Assembly (NCBI GenBank): GCA_963796105.1
Contig: CAWCKJ010000003.1
Location: 376,353 to 440,352, forward strand
Length of the DNA: 64,000 nucleotides
Origin: a candidate division FCPU426 bacterium
Lineage (GTDB): Bacteria; Oederibacteriota; Muellerivitia; Muellerivitales; Muellerivitaceae
Reading direction: 5' to 3'
The notes beneath the pieces were generated by a model. That model saw only the letters and a program-made list of their open reading frames with translations, was not told where the DNA came from and searched no databases. Below are positions 51,722 to 61,612 of this stretch, piece after piece; the stretch's first letter is position 1; each line of letters opens with the position of its first letter. Position numbers and translations under genes: made by a program.

Positions 51722-51880
51722 AAGTGAAACATCTCCACGGGCGTAAAGGTCGGGGCTTCGGGCCGTGGTGGGATCTAAAAACAAGAGCAAATCAAAGTTC
51801 CTCACCTGCGGACCGCCTAAACCCGTCAGCCCTCCGAGCTGCCATTCATCCCTAGGTTTAAAAGCCTGGGGATTAACTGG
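51722..51880. other. GC-rich (~60% GC) structured segment inside a ~33% GC intergenic leader; candidate cis-regulatory RNA or small ncRNA
   Basis: Contains nested complementary blocks: ccacgg...ccgtgg enclosing ggggcttcgggcc; gaccgcctaaacccgtcagccctccgagctgcc; and the hairpin cctaggtttaaaagcctggg followed by a T-rich tract. Its composition is sharply discordant with its flanks. Confidence 0.25.
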
Positions 51881-51941
51881 CGATTTTTAATAGACTAACT
51901 TTATTTATCATGAATTGACAAAATAAGGTTTTACTTTAAGC

Positions 51942-52559
51942 TCAATTCGGCGTTGTAAAATTTCTTCCCCTTAAATTTAAAATCAGTTGTATCTCCGCCA
52001 AACTCAATTTTGTTATTTTCGCAATTTCGTTTAATTCGTAATCATCATCAACCAAACGATAAATTTCTTTTACAATTGATGAAGAAAAACTTACCATTTC
52101 CTCGCCTTGTATGAATTGCGGTTTTTTAAAACCTTTTTTCGGTACATTTATAATTTCATTTGTCCCACGGGTATTTTTTTTAATACCATTGTCCGTATTA
52201 TTCGATCCTTTAAACATCGCAGTATTATCAGGCAATAGACATTTTAAATCATTAGTTGATTTATTAATTTTGGAGTGCAAAATTTTCATATTGTGAATAT
52301 TTATTTCTAGTTCTTCTTTTTTTTTATCCGCAGATTCAACTTGAGCTCGAACTTCATCTGTAACTTTTTTTCCAACTTCTTTCATAATTAATAATAATTC
52401 TTGAAGATTATTTTTCATTTCTTGGATCTGAATATCATTAATCAAATCAATATCCTCTTTTTTGCGAGAGATTAAACTAGTGGAATAATGAAACAAAAAA
52501 AGAATAGAAAACAGTAAAACTGTGTCAAATAAAACTTGAGTAATTATAAAAATTACCAC
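51942..52559 (-). CDS. Membrane-anchored protein with C-terminal helix-turn-helix-like segment (hypothetical)
   Basis: 205 aa. N-terminal TM helix. Coiled-coil middle. C-terminal EIYRLVDDDYELNEIAKITKLSLAEIQLILNLRG resembles sigma-70 region 4 or other HTH. Sits between fapA/fliA and the flhB-C-domain operon. Confidence 0.35.
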   Translation of the reverse strand: MVIFIITQVLFDTVLLFSILFLFHYSTSLISRKKEDIDLINDIQIQEMKNNLQELLLIMKEVGKKVTDEVRAQVESADKKKEELEINIHNMKILHSKINKSTNDLKCLLPDNTAMFKGSNNTDNGIKKNTRGTNEIINVPKKGFKKPQFIQGEEMVSFSSSIVKEIYRLVDDDYELNEIAKITKLSLAEIQLILNLRGRNFTTPN

Positions 52560-52560
52560 T

Positions 52561-52881
52561 TTAAACCTTTATGTCGATGTGGTTTTTACTACTTTTTACA
52601 AAATTCGATTCCTCATTCTTAATGTTCTTATCCCCTTCGTAATAACCTTCTTCGCCATTAAATTGTTGATGACTCGATTGATCTTCGTCCTGAATCAGAC
52701 TCAGATGGTTTGAATTTGATTTTTCCGATTCTTGAACTTGTTCCCTTATTTTTCTTAAGTGCTCCATCGATTCCAATTGCGTTAAAATTTGTTTTCTGTT
52801 TTGTTCCGATTGAAAAACCACCTGCATTTTAGCTAGCGCATCCCCCTGCATTTTTAAATAATTACCATCTAAACCGTACAT
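52561..52881 (-). CDS. Hypothetical acidic coiled-coil protein
   Basis: 106 aa, Gln/Glu-rich. No recognised family. Stop/start abut neighbouring genes. Confidence 0.3.
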   Translation of the reverse strand: MYGLDGNYLKMQGDALAKMQVVFQSEQNRKQILTQLESMEHLRKIREQVQESEKSNSNHLSLIQDEDQSSHQQFNGEEGYYEGDKNIKNEESNFVKSSKNHIDIKV

Positions 52882-52888
52882 TTTTCCC

Positions 52889-54595
52889 TCAATTTCCTCT
52901 AAAAGGCCCGACTTTTATTTCCCCATCTGATTCAGTAAGTGTGCAATATTTCAACTCCTCCGTTATTTGACGAGAAGATCTATTGATCGTAATTTTAACA
53001 CCCGTATGAATTATTCCCATGCAAGTCACTTTTGCTCTTTTTCTTCTATCTTCAGCCGCATCCTGATCACGTTTTTCCAATTCTTGTTTTTTTTCTGTTA
53101 GAGTTTTAGTATCAGCAATTAATTTAAATTGAGCCCTCGTCAATTTTGTAAAAAGTTCCTTTTTATCCGGGGGCAAATTACCGCCCATTTTATTTTGTAA
53201 ATCTTTTAAAAACTGGACACCTTTTCGGGTCTTATCAAGATTTTCTATGGAGTTTTTTAATTCAGTCTCGATTTTATGCAATTCATCTCTCAATCCAATT
53301 GCTTCACCAACAATAACTTCTGTTGGGGTTGCGAAATTGGATCCCATTGATGCTGCGTTAACCTCGTATCCAGCAATTACCTGTCCACCGACAATAACGC
53401 CTTTTCTTCCAGCCACGGTTATTTTCCCGCCTACGGTTATTTTGCTGTGCATAATAGCTTGAGAGCAATTGAGGTTACCAGCAGCCTCAACTGTTGCATT
53501 ACGAATGTATTTAATAATCGCATCACCCTGACAAGTTATTTTCGCCTTGTCATTTCCACTTACACCACCAGCAATTGTCAATTTTCCACCGCTTTTAATT
53601 TCCGCACCTTCTACTACACCATTAACAATTACATCTTCTCCCGCATAAAGTTTAAATCCATCTTTCACATCACCACGAACAATAACAGTTCCTATAAAAT
53701 CGATGTTACCAGTAGACAAATTGATGTCTCCCGGAATTTCAAACAACGCCATTACTGATATTTTATTGTCTTTAACTATTACCTGCCCATCTGCATCAGC
53801 AATAAACTCATCTTTGTTTTCAGGGTTTAGAACAACACCCTTAGCGGCAATTATTTCTATATCTTTGCCATCTTTAGCCTCTATTGGCTTCCCAGTTACA
53901 GTCATTCCGTGAGTACCTTTAGTAGGTGGGATTTTACGAGCCAATAAAGTACCTTTAGTTATATTATCGATCTTATGAACTGCACGATAATCCACTCTTC
54001 CGTCTTCAGTCTCCTCAAGAACAGGAACTTGGGTTTCCTCTTCCACCTTCTTTTTGTAAAGATATTCAACTCGAGCATCTTCCCCATTGTTCACGGGTGT
54101 ACCAAAAGCAATTTCCATTTCTACTGGTTCAATAAAATTTTTCAATTCAGCTAATTTTATTAATTTTTCAGATAATTCACTCACACGAGTTTCATCAAGG
54201 CCATAAATAACATTTCTGTTCTTCAAAGTTTCACGGACTTCTTCTATAGTTGAAAAATGTCCATTTTCACCTTGTGGCGGAACTATTGTTACCTTAGCAA
54301 GCATTTCATCATCACTGATCTCAACAAAAATCTGTTCCTGACCGTCGATTAACGCGAATTTATTTTGGGCGATTTTTTGAGCGCGACCCGCCGCTTGAGA
54401 AATAATTTGATTTAATAAATTTGGGTTGTTAATTTCCACTTTGAATTTTGCCAATTCTTTTTTGACATCCTCTAGAACAACCCTATTTCCTTTTCCAGTG
54501 GGAGGAAACACCGTCAAATAAATACCATCGTTTTCTTTGGTAACAGTTATGTAGCCATTTATATCTTTAGTTCCGACCATGTTTCCTCCTCTCAC
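52889..54595 (-). CDS. FapA/DUF342-family flagellar assembly protein (beta-helix repeat protein)
   Basis: 568 aa. N-terminal INGYITVTKENDGIYLTVFPP. Long run of bactofilin-like short beta-helix repeats (GTVIVRGDVKDGFKLYAGEDVIVNGVVEGAEIKSGGKLTIAGGV). C-terminal coiled coil. Immediately downstream of fliA. Confidence 0.5.
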   Translation of the reverse strand: MRGGNMVGTKDINGYITVTKENDGIYLTVFPPTGKGNRVVLEDVKKELAKFKVEINNPNLLNQIISQAAGRAQKIAQNKFALIDGQEQIFVEISDDEMLAKVTIVPPQGENGHFSTIEEVRETLKNRNVIYGLDETRVSELSEKLIKLAELKNFIEPVEMEIAFGTPVNNGEDARVEYLYKKKVEEETQVPVLEETEDGRVDYRAVHKIDNITKGTLLARKIPPTKGTHGMTVTGKPIEAKDGKDIEIIAAKGVVLNPENKDEFIADADGQVIVKDNKISVMALFEIPGDINLSTGNIDFIGTVIVRGDVKDGFKLYAGEDVIVNGVVEGAEIKSGGKLTIAGGVSGNDKAKITCQGDAIIKYIRNATVEAAGNLNCSQAIMHSKITVGGKITVAGRKGVIVGGQVIAGYEVNAASMGSNFATPTEVIVGEAIGLRDELHKIETELKNSIENLDKTRKGVQFLKDLQNKMGGNLPPDKKELFTKLTRAQFKLIADTKTLTEKKQELEKRDQDAAEDRRKRAKVTCMGIIHTGVKITINRSSRQITEELKYCTLTESDGEIKVGPFRGN

Positions 54596-55373
54596 CCACT
54601 AATTCCTGTAACCGATAAACAGCCATATTATGAATCTGGCAAATACGAGATTCACTAACTTTCAAAATCTTTCCAATTTGCTTAAAAGTTAAATTTTCAA
54701 CATAATATAAATGTAAAACATTTTGTTCAGACTCTTTAAGCAGAAGTAAAGCTTTCGCAACTCGATCAATTTTCTCTTGTTTTTCAACTTTATCAAGAGG
54801 ATTTTCAACCCCATTATCCGACAATAAATCGGCTAAAGTATCACCTTCTAGACCATTTTCAACATACGCTACGTCCAACGAAAGAAGGTTAAGCATATTG
54901 ATTTCTGCAATCCAATCATAAAGATCTCCAAGACAAATTCCTAAATATTTAGCAATTTCTTCTTCACGGGGTAATCTTCCAAATTTACCTTGTAATTTTT
55001 TTTCAGCTTCCTTTATTGCCCTTCCTTGCTTTCGTAAATTCCTTCTTGCAAAATCAAGGTTCCGTAGTTCATCTATCATTTGGCCCCGAATACGATATCG
55101 AGCATATGATTCAAAAGCAATTTCCGGATTTAACACTTTTTCTTTAGGCGGAATAAAACGATCAATAGCCTGCAAAAGACCAATTACACCAGCAGAAACT
55201 AAATCTTCTTTCTTTTCTAAGTAAGCATTCAATGGTAACCTTGATAATAATCTTCTGCTTTCGCCATCAACTAAAAAATAATACTCCAATGCTATTTTGT
55301 CACGAACAGCTAAATCCTTCTTGTTTTTTAAAAATCTTAGCCACAGTGAATGTGATTTCCCTCCAGTGTTCAT
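54567..55373 (-). CDS. fliA: Flagellar sigma factor sigma-28 (FliA/WhiG/SigD)
   Basis: 268 aa. Sigma-70 region 2 (LVSAGVIGLLQAIDRFIP...FESYARYRIRGQMIDELR), region 3 and region 4 (LTFKQIGKILKVSESRICQIHNMAVYRL). Confidence 0.8.
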   Translation of the reverse strand: MNTGGKSHSLWLRFLKNKKDLAVRDKIALEYYFLVDGESRRLLSRLPLNAYLEKKEDLVSAGVIGLLQAIDRFIPPKEKVLNPEIAFESYARYRIRGQMIDELRNLDFARRNLRKQGRAIKEAEKKLQGKFGRLPREEEIAKYLGICLGDLYDWIAEINMLNLLSLDVAYVENGLEGDTLADLLSDNGVENPLDKVEKQEKIDRVAKALLLLKESEQNVLHLYYVENLTFKQIGKILKVSESRICQIHNMAVYRLQELVGERRKHGRN

Positions 55374-55388
55374 TTACCTTAACGGTGT

Positions 55389-55796
55389 TTACTTATCAGG
55401 GGAAAATTCAGGGAAAGTAAAATCAATTGTTTTACCTTTATCATTATTGTCGTCAGAAGTATTTTCTTGACCTGATCTAGTTTCTTGCTGTTCCGTTTTG
55501 AACCTCATATCAATTGAAACATCCTTTAACAAGTTTTCACGATTTAATAAATTTATAAAATAACGAAGAAAAAACCATAATATAACCACTCCCAAAAGAA
55601 AACCCGCAAAAGAAGCGCCTAAAAATGCTAATACTAAACTATCCATAGGCACCCCCTGGTAAGCTCCAATCATTGTTATAATTAAAAAACCAAATGCCGA
55701 ACCAATTGAACCAGAAACCATATACATTCTAACTAAACTGGATGGTTTCTCTTTGGTGATTTCATAGTATTGTTTATTTTTGGGCCTGTCAGACAT
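55389..55796 (-). CDS. Hypothetical membrane protein (in the position where flhG/ylxH is usually found)
   Basis: 135 aa. Three predicted TM helices. Acidic C-terminal tail. No MinD/ParA Walker motifs. Confidence 0.4.
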   Translation of the reverse strand: MSDRPKNKQYYEITKEKPSSLVRMYMVSGSIGSAFGFLIITMIGAYQGVPMDSLVLAFLGASFAGFLLGVVILWFFLRYFINLLNRENLLKDVSIDMRFKTEQQETRSGQENTSDDNNDKGKTIDFTFPEFSPDK

Positions 55797-56045
55797 AACA
55801 ACTCCTCTAATTCATTTTTTAAACATTTTTATTTTTTTCAACATCAATTATCAAACTTGCTTTGACTCACTTTTTGTTATACCCATTTTCATCATACCAG
55901 TTAAGTGAATTTTAAGGCATGAAGAAAATCTTTATAATCGTTAAAAAATAAATAAATTAAAATATAAAATAAATTTCACAAGATTCACTCCAATAAACCA
56001 ATCCGAAACTTCTCAGGAACCGCCAGAAATAAATCACTTTAGAAT

Positions 56046-57245
56046 TTAACTTAATAGTGACCTTACAATCCTTTCTGATAATGTATTTACTTCAGCAATC
56101 TCAAGATCATCAGGAACGTTTTGTCCTGTTGCGTAATAAGACAATGGAATTTGAAAATTATTCATCAAATTCAAAAAAGCTCCATAATATCGCGTTTCGT
56201 CCAATTTCGTAAAAATCATTCTATTGATTGGGACTGCAAGACCAAAACATTCTATGATTCTTATCATGTCATAGTATTTAGTAGTTGAAGACAGAACAAG
56301 GTGAATTTCATCGGGCTGACTTTTTGTTATAAATAACTTTAATTCATCTAATTGTTCGTTATTGGAAGGACTACGCCCAGCAGTATCAAGCAAAACCAAA
56401 TCCACACCTTTATGCCGTTCAATTATTCCCTCAATCTCGTCGGAAGAATTCGCTACCTCAACAGGTATTCCCATAATCCTCCCATATGTTTTTAATTGTT
56501 CAGTTGCAGCAATTCTGTATGTATCTGAAGTAATTAAAGTAACTTTTTTCCTATTTACCAAACTAAATTTCGCCGCAAGTTTAGCTAAGGTGGTTGTTTT
56601 CCCAACGCCGGTGGGGCCAACAAAAGCAATAACTTTTTGAAACCCATTGAAAGTTAAAGGACTTGCCACCTTTATTAAATTTGATACAAATCGTTGCAAC
56701 CAAAATTGAACTTCCTCATTTTTTTCAACATTAATTTTTTCATTTATCATCCCACGAACAATTCTTTGAATTAGGAACTCCTCAATTTCTTGTTTTACCA
56801 TTTTTTTCTTAAACCTTGCCAACCCTTCGGCGATTATTAGATTTGTATCATTCGGGGTATATTCTTTCATTACAGTTGGCACGGTTGAAGTTTTCATTTC
56901 ATTAAGTTCCCGCTGTAATGCTTTCACTTTAGTTCTATTCGGATCTAAATTTTCTATTACTAGCGTAGAATCTCTACTCAGCATGTTATGTCTTGAAATT
57001 TGATGATCTTTTTTTTCAATAGGTATTTGAAGTGATAGAGAGGTATTTTTTCTCTTAGCAAAATCATCTAATAAATTCAAATCTAACCCGGCAGTTATTT
57101 CCGCCATATGTTTACCAAAAAGACCTAAAACACCCCCTTTGCGAAAAGTTTTAGTATATAAGATCACAGCTTCTGGGCCCAAGTCCTTTTTCACTTTCAC
57201 TAAAGCTTCTTGAATAGTTGGCGCTTCATACCTTTTTATTCTCAT
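56046..57245 (-). CDS. flhF: Flagellar biosynthesis GTPase FlhF (SRP-type)
   Basis: 399 aa. N-terminal MRIKRYEAPTIQEALVKVKKDLGPEAVIL. G1 motif IAFVGPTGVGKTTTLAKLAA. DTAGR G3 motif. Confidence 0.88.
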   Translation of the reverse strand: MRIKRYEAPTIQEALVKVKKDLGPEAVILYTKTFRKGGVLGLFGKHMAEITAGLDLNLLDDFAKRKNTSLSLQIPIEKKDHQISRHNMLSRDSTLVIENLDPNRTKVKALQRELNEMKTSTVPTVMKEYTPNDTNLIIAEGLARFKKKMVKQEIEEFLIQRIVRGMINEKINVEKNEEVQFWLQRFVSNLIKVASPLTFNGFQKVIAFVGPTGVGKTTTLAKLAAKFSLVNRKKVTLITSDTYRIAATEQLKTYGRIMGIPVEVANSSDEIEGIIERHKGVDLVLLDTAGRSPSNNEQLDELKLFITKSQPDEIHLVLSSTTKYYDMIRIIECFGLAVPINRMIFTKLDETRYYGAFLNLMNNFQIPLSYYATGQNVPDDLEIAEVNTLSERIVRSLLS

Positions 57246-59323
57246 GCACCAACCTCAATAGAACCAACAGATTGTATTTCCGTTCTCGGCAAAAGTTCGC
57301 TAAATGACAAAACTGTTAAATGAGGGATAAAACGCTCAATGATTTTTTTAAAATAGGGACGAACATTCGGTGAACACAAAACCAAAGGCTGCTGATTGTT
57401 TCCCGCCATTTTCTCAATCCCGTTTGATAGGCTCCTGAAAATCTGTTGTAAAAGCCTGGGATCTAATGCTGTAAACGAACCACTTTCAGCAGCTTGTATT
57501 GATTCTAATATTGTTTTTTCCAATTTTGGATCTAGAGTTAATGCATAAATTTTCCCATCGTTTGACTGGTGAGATTTTGTAATTGAACGCGACAATGCTC
57601 TTCTTGCATATTCTGTCAATATTTGAGTATCTTTTGTTTCGCGTATATGATCCGCAACAGCCTCTAATATTGTTTCCAAATCGCGTATTGGGATATGTTC
57701 CTTTAAAAGGTTTTGAAGGATTTTTTGCAAATCACCAACTAATAAATGCGATGGAACTGTTTCATCAATAACAGCAGGTGTATCTTTTTTAAAAGTTTCT
57801 AATAGTTTTGAAACACTTTGCCGAGTTAAAAACTCATGTGCCTGATTTCTTATAATTTCAGTTAAATGTGTTGAAATGACAGTCGAAGCATCTACAACTG
57901 AATATCCCGCCTGCTCAGCTATTAGCTTTTCATCATCCGTTATCCAATACGCAACCAAATTAAAAGTCGGCTCTTTTGTTTCAATCCCTTGAATTTTTAC
58001 CAAGTTAGGACCAGTCGCCATTGCCAATAGATGTCCTGGCATAATCTTCCAACGTGATACTTCCACTCCTTTAATTTTAATAATATATTCAGATGGTTGT
58101 AATTGCATATTGTCGCGAATTCGAATTGGAGGAACAACTAAACCCAAGTCACTTGCCATTTGACGTCTAATACTCGTAATTCTTTCAAGCAAATCACCAC
58201 CTTGAGCTTCATCAACCAAAGGTATCAAACTATAACCAATTTCGATTTCTAAATGGTCAACCTGTAATAACGATGAAACATTTTCAGGCTCCTTTTTCTT
58301 TTCAGGAATAAGTTGGTTTGCTTTTTCCACTTCTTCTTTTTCCCTTTTAACAACAGATCGAAGGTAGAATGCCAAAAAACCAGATAACAACGAAATGAAA
58401 ATAAAAGCAACATGAGGCATTCTGGGAAAGAGTCCGAAAAAAAACATAACGCCAGAGGTAATCCAAAGAGCCCTTGGTTGTGCAATAATTTGTTTGATAA
58501 GATCTGTTCCAAGATCGCTTTCCGAAGCTGCTCGAGTAACAACAATACCTGTTGCGGTTGATAGCATAAGCGCAGGAATTTGAGTTGCTAAACCACCACC
58601 TATAGTTAATAGAGTATAACGTGTTAAAACTTCTGCCCAGCCTAACCCCCCTACATAAAACCCCATCGCAAATCCACCTAATATATTAATGATAGCGATA
58701 ATAATAGCCGCAATCGCATCCCCACGAACAAACTTGCTGGCTCCGTCCATTGCACCATAAAAATCAGCTTCTCTTTCAACCTCCTTGCGTCTTTTCCGAG
58801 CTTGATCATCGGTGATTAGACCTGAATTCAAATCCGCATCAATCGCCATTTGTTTTCCTGGCATTGCATCTAAAGTAAACCGAGCTGCAACCTCCGCAAC
58901 CCGTTGAGCACCATTGGTAATAACTATAAATTGAATGATAATTAGAATCAGGAAAACAACAAACCCAACTATTGGGCTGCCTCCAATAACAAATTGCCCT
59001 ATCGATTCAATAACTTTCCCAGCTGCATCTGAACCCTCGTTACCATGTAAAAGAATTAATCGTGTCGCAGAAACTTCTAATGCAAGGCGGAAAAGCGTTG
59101 TTATTAAAAGTAAAGTAGGAAAAATTGAAAATTGCAAAGGTTCAAGCGTATACATAGTTACCAAAACAACAACAAGAGCCAAAGTAATGTTAAATGAAAT
59201 AAGAATATCCAAAACGATACTTGGCAATGGAATAAACAACATGAGAATAACCATGACTAAGGCAAACGCAATAATAAGACCGCTTTTCTCTTGAATTGTT
59301 TTTATAGTGATCGCTTCAGGCAT
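57242..59323 (-). CDS. flhA: Flagellar export apparatus protein FlhA
   Basis: 693 aa. Eight TM helices and the conserved FHIPLV-like N-terminus. A large cytoplasmic C-terminal domain. Colinear with FlhA. Confidence 0.9.
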   Translation of the reverse strand: MPEAITIKTIQEKSGLIIAFALVMVILMLFIPLPSIVLDILISFNITLALVVVLVTMYTLEPLQFSIFPTLLLITTLFRLALEVSATRLILLHGNEGSDAAGKVIESIGQFVIGGSPIVGFVVFLILIIIQFIVITNGAQRVAEVAARFTLDAMPGKQMAIDADLNSGLITDDQARKRRKEVEREADFYGAMDGASKFVRGDAIAAIIIAIINILGGFAMGFYVGGLGWAEVLTRYTLLTIGGGLATQIPALMLSTATGIVVTRAASESDLGTDLIKQIIAQPRALWITSGVMFFFGLFPRMPHVAFIFISLLSGFLAFYLRSVVKREKEEVEKANQLIPEKKKEPENVSSLLQVDHLEIEIGYSLIPLVDEAQGGDLLERITSIRRQMASDLGLVVPPIRIRDNMQLQPSEYIIKIKGVEVSRWKIMPGHLLAMATGPNLVKIQGIETKEPTFNLVAYWITDDEKLIAEQAGYSVVDASTVISTHLTEIIRNQAHEFLTRQSVSKLLETFKKDTPAVIDETVPSHLLVGDLQKILQNLLKEHIPIRDLETILEAVADHIRETKDTQILTEYARRALSRSITKSHQSNDGKIYALTLDPKLEKTILESIQAAESGSFTALDPRLLQQIFRSLSNGIEKMAGNNQQPLVLCSPNVRPYFKKIIERFIPHLTVLSFSELLPRTEIQSVGSIEVGA

Positions 59324-59431
59324 TTTCCCCTCAAAAATCCGAGTTAAAAGAACTTCTGATTTAACCCTTTTAAAATTTTATAATTCATTTCATATTTTCC
59401 ACAATTACCTTGAATTATCATCTCCCAATTC

Positions 59432-60508
59432 TTACATAGCTGTAGCATATGTTTTTTCTTCTTCTTTTTTGTTCATACGATAAACAAATGCAAGGATTTC
59501 AGCAACGGCTTCGAATAAATCCGGAGGAATCGGAGCGCCCACAGGACAAGATTTTAAAAGAGCTCGTGCCAGAGGTGGATTCTGTACTATTGGAATTTTA
59601 CATTTATTCGCCATTTCCTTAATTCTTTCCGCAATAACTCTTTCGCCCTTAGCTAAAACAATTGGAGCTTGCATACCTTTCTTATATTCTAATGCAACTG
59701 CTATGTGAGTTGGATTTGTTATAACTACATCTGCATTGGGAATAGCGTCAAACATTCGCCTTCGAGCCATTTCTCTTTGTATTTGACGAATCCTCGCCTT
59801 AATCATTGGATCACCTTCAGATTGGCGGTATTCATCCCTAACCTCTTGTCTAGTCATTTTAAGGCCTTCTTCGTATTCCCATTTTTGATAAAAATAATCC
59901 AAAATTGCCAATATCACCAATATTAATATGATACTATTTAAAATTTTCATAGTAAGGGATCCTATAAATTTTAAAGATTCAATACCTTGCATATCAATAG
60001 TTGGAATTAAATTGGGCATAGAATTCTTTACCCCTAAATAACCAATCCATCCAATGATTAGTAATTTTAAAATGGCCTTTATAAACTCGACCAATGATCG
60101 TCTTGAAAATAAACGTTGAAATCCTGTCGCTGGATTAATGTTAGTTATTTTAGGTGTTAGCGGTTTTAAACTAAAGAGAACACCAACCTGAAAGTAATTA
60201 ACAGCAAAACCAGCTAATAAAACCACTCCCAGTATTGGTGCAAGAATTTTAAAAATTTGCCACATAAAAAAAATGCCAAAAGAGTAAATGTTTTCCAACC
60301 CTAAACTAATTCCCATATTCTGATAAGCAGTCACCATTAAAAGACCTAATGAATTAATAATATAAGCGCCGGCATATCGAAAAGTCAGGATTGCCGCCAA
60401 CAAAATTACAACTGAGTTAATCTCGATAGAACGCATGACTTGACCACGTTCACGCGCTTCTTGCTTTCTTTTTGGTGTTGCTTTTTCAGATCTTGCTGGA
60501 TCAGCCAT
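59432..60508 (-). CDS. flhB: Flagellar export apparatus switch protein FlhB
   Basis: 358 aa. N-terminal SEKATPKRKQEARERGQVMRS. Four TM helices. NPTHIAVAL autocleavage motif. Confidence 0.9.
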   Translation of the reverse strand: MADPARSEKATPKRKQEARERGQVMRSIEINSVVILLAAILTFRYAGAYIINSLGLLMVTAYQNMGISLGLENIYSFGIFFMWQIFKILAPILGVVLLAGFAVNYFQVGVLFSLKPLTPKITNINPATGFQRLFSRRSLVEFIKAILKLLIIGWIGYLGVKNSMPNLIPTIDMQGIESLKFIGSLTMKILNSIILILVILAILDYFYQKWEYEEGLKMTRQEVRDEYRQSEGDPMIKARIRQIQREMARRRMFDAIPNADVVITNPTHIAVALEYKKGMQAPIVLAKGERVIAERIKEMANKCKIPIVQNPPLARALLKSCPVGAPIPPDLFEAVAEILAFVYRMNKKEEEKTYATAM

Positions 60509-60532
60509 TTAAACCTCTAATTTTCCAGAAAA

Positions 60533-61318
60533 TCACCTAATGAATTGGATTATTGAACTCAAATCACCTTTTAATCCTTTAAACATATCTTGTAAAATGT
60601 AAACGAAAAATGACATTGACATAGCCACAATTATTAAACCAACTGCCATATTTAATGGCAATCCAACAATAAATACATTCATTTGTGGGACAGTGCGAGC
60701 AATTATTCCCAAAGCAAGATTGGTTATAAAAAGTGCTCCAATCACAGGAGCTCCTACACGAAATGATATGAAAAATACTTTTGAAAATAAATGCATCATT
60801 TCAGTTCCTAGTGATGGAGAAAAATGAGCTTGTCCTAAATTAATGGCAGTAAAACTATCGACAACAGCTCTCAATAGAATATGATGCCCATCTACAGCAA
60901 GAAAAACCAATGTTGCGACCAAATAATAATATTGCCCCATAACAGAAATTTGAGTGCTCGTAACCGGGTCAATGATATTTACCATTCCGAGCCCCATTTG
61001 GATATCTACTATCTGCCCTGCCAACTGTATGCCGGTGAAAAGAAGAGTTGCACCCAAACCAATGCACAAACCGATTAATAATTCCCTGGAGACCGCCAAA
61101 CCTAATTGCAAACCCGAAAAAGGTAACTTATCTGTGGTAATCGCAACTATCGGAAAAACCAACAATGTTATAAGTAAAGTCCAAGAAGCTTTTAGCTGGA
61201 CAGGAATGTTACGACTAGCAAAAACAGGTGCGGTAAAGAATATACCTGCAATTCTCATAAGAATTAAAACAAAAGCAACTACGTCTTTCGTTTGGAAAGC
61301 AAAAGGATTGGTTGGCAT
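60533..61318 (-). CDS. fliR: Flagellar export apparatus protein FliR
   Basis: 261-aa polytopic membrane protein with FliR-like helix pattern. Located between flhB and fliQ. Confidence 0.8.
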   Translation of the reverse strand: MPTNPFAFQTKDVVAFVLILMRIAGIFFTAPVFASRNIPVQLKASWTLLITLLVFPIVAITTDKLPFSGLQLGLAVSRELLIGLCIGLGATLLFTGIQLAGQIVDIQMGLGMVNIIDPVTSTQISVMGQYYYLVATLVFLAVDGHHILLRAVVDSFTAINLGQAHFSPSLGTEMMHLFSKVFFISFRVGAPVIGALFITNLALGIIARTVPQMNVFIVGLPLNMAVGLIIVAMSMSFFVYILQDMFKGLKGDLSSIIQFIR

Positions 61319-61325
61319 CTATTTC

Positions 61326-61595
61326 TCACTTAAAGTAGTTTGGAAGATTTATCCATAAATTTGAAGTGTAGTTTAAAAGAATAAGCATCATCCACTTTCC
61401 GAAAATTAATATAGCAAAAAAAATTGCAACAATTTTAGGGATAAAAGTTAAAGTCATTTCCTGAATTTGTGTAACCGCCTGAAATATCGAAACTGCCACA
61501 CCCACGGCCAATCCGAGCCCTAGTATAGGAGCTGAAATTAACAAGGTTATCCATAAAGCTCTATTTGCTAAATCCGCAATAAAATCAACACTCAT
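61326..61595 (-). CDS. fliQ: Flagellar export apparatus protein FliQ
   Basis: LGLAVGVAVSIFQAVTQIQEMTLTFIPKIVAIFFAIL matches the FliQ core. The ATG at 61595 has a GAGGAAA Shine-Dalgarno and gives the typical ~89 aa, so the ORF-track start at 61652 would add a non-conserved 19-aa extension. Confidence 0.85.
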   Translation of the reverse strand: MSVDFIADLANRALWITLLISAPILGLGLAVGVAVSIFQAVTQIQEMTLTFIPKIVAIFFAILIFGKWMMLILLNYTSNLWINLPNYFK

Positions 61596-61612
61596 TACTT
61601 TCCTCGCATTAA

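Noticed and set aside
51722-51880. Identity of the GC-rich element as SRP RNA, tmRNA, RNase P RNA or tRNA
   Set aside because: By eye it lacks the SRP domain-IV GGAAG/AGCAGCC motifs, the tmRNA tRNA-like 3' end and the RNase P conserved blocks. It is left as an unclassified structured element.
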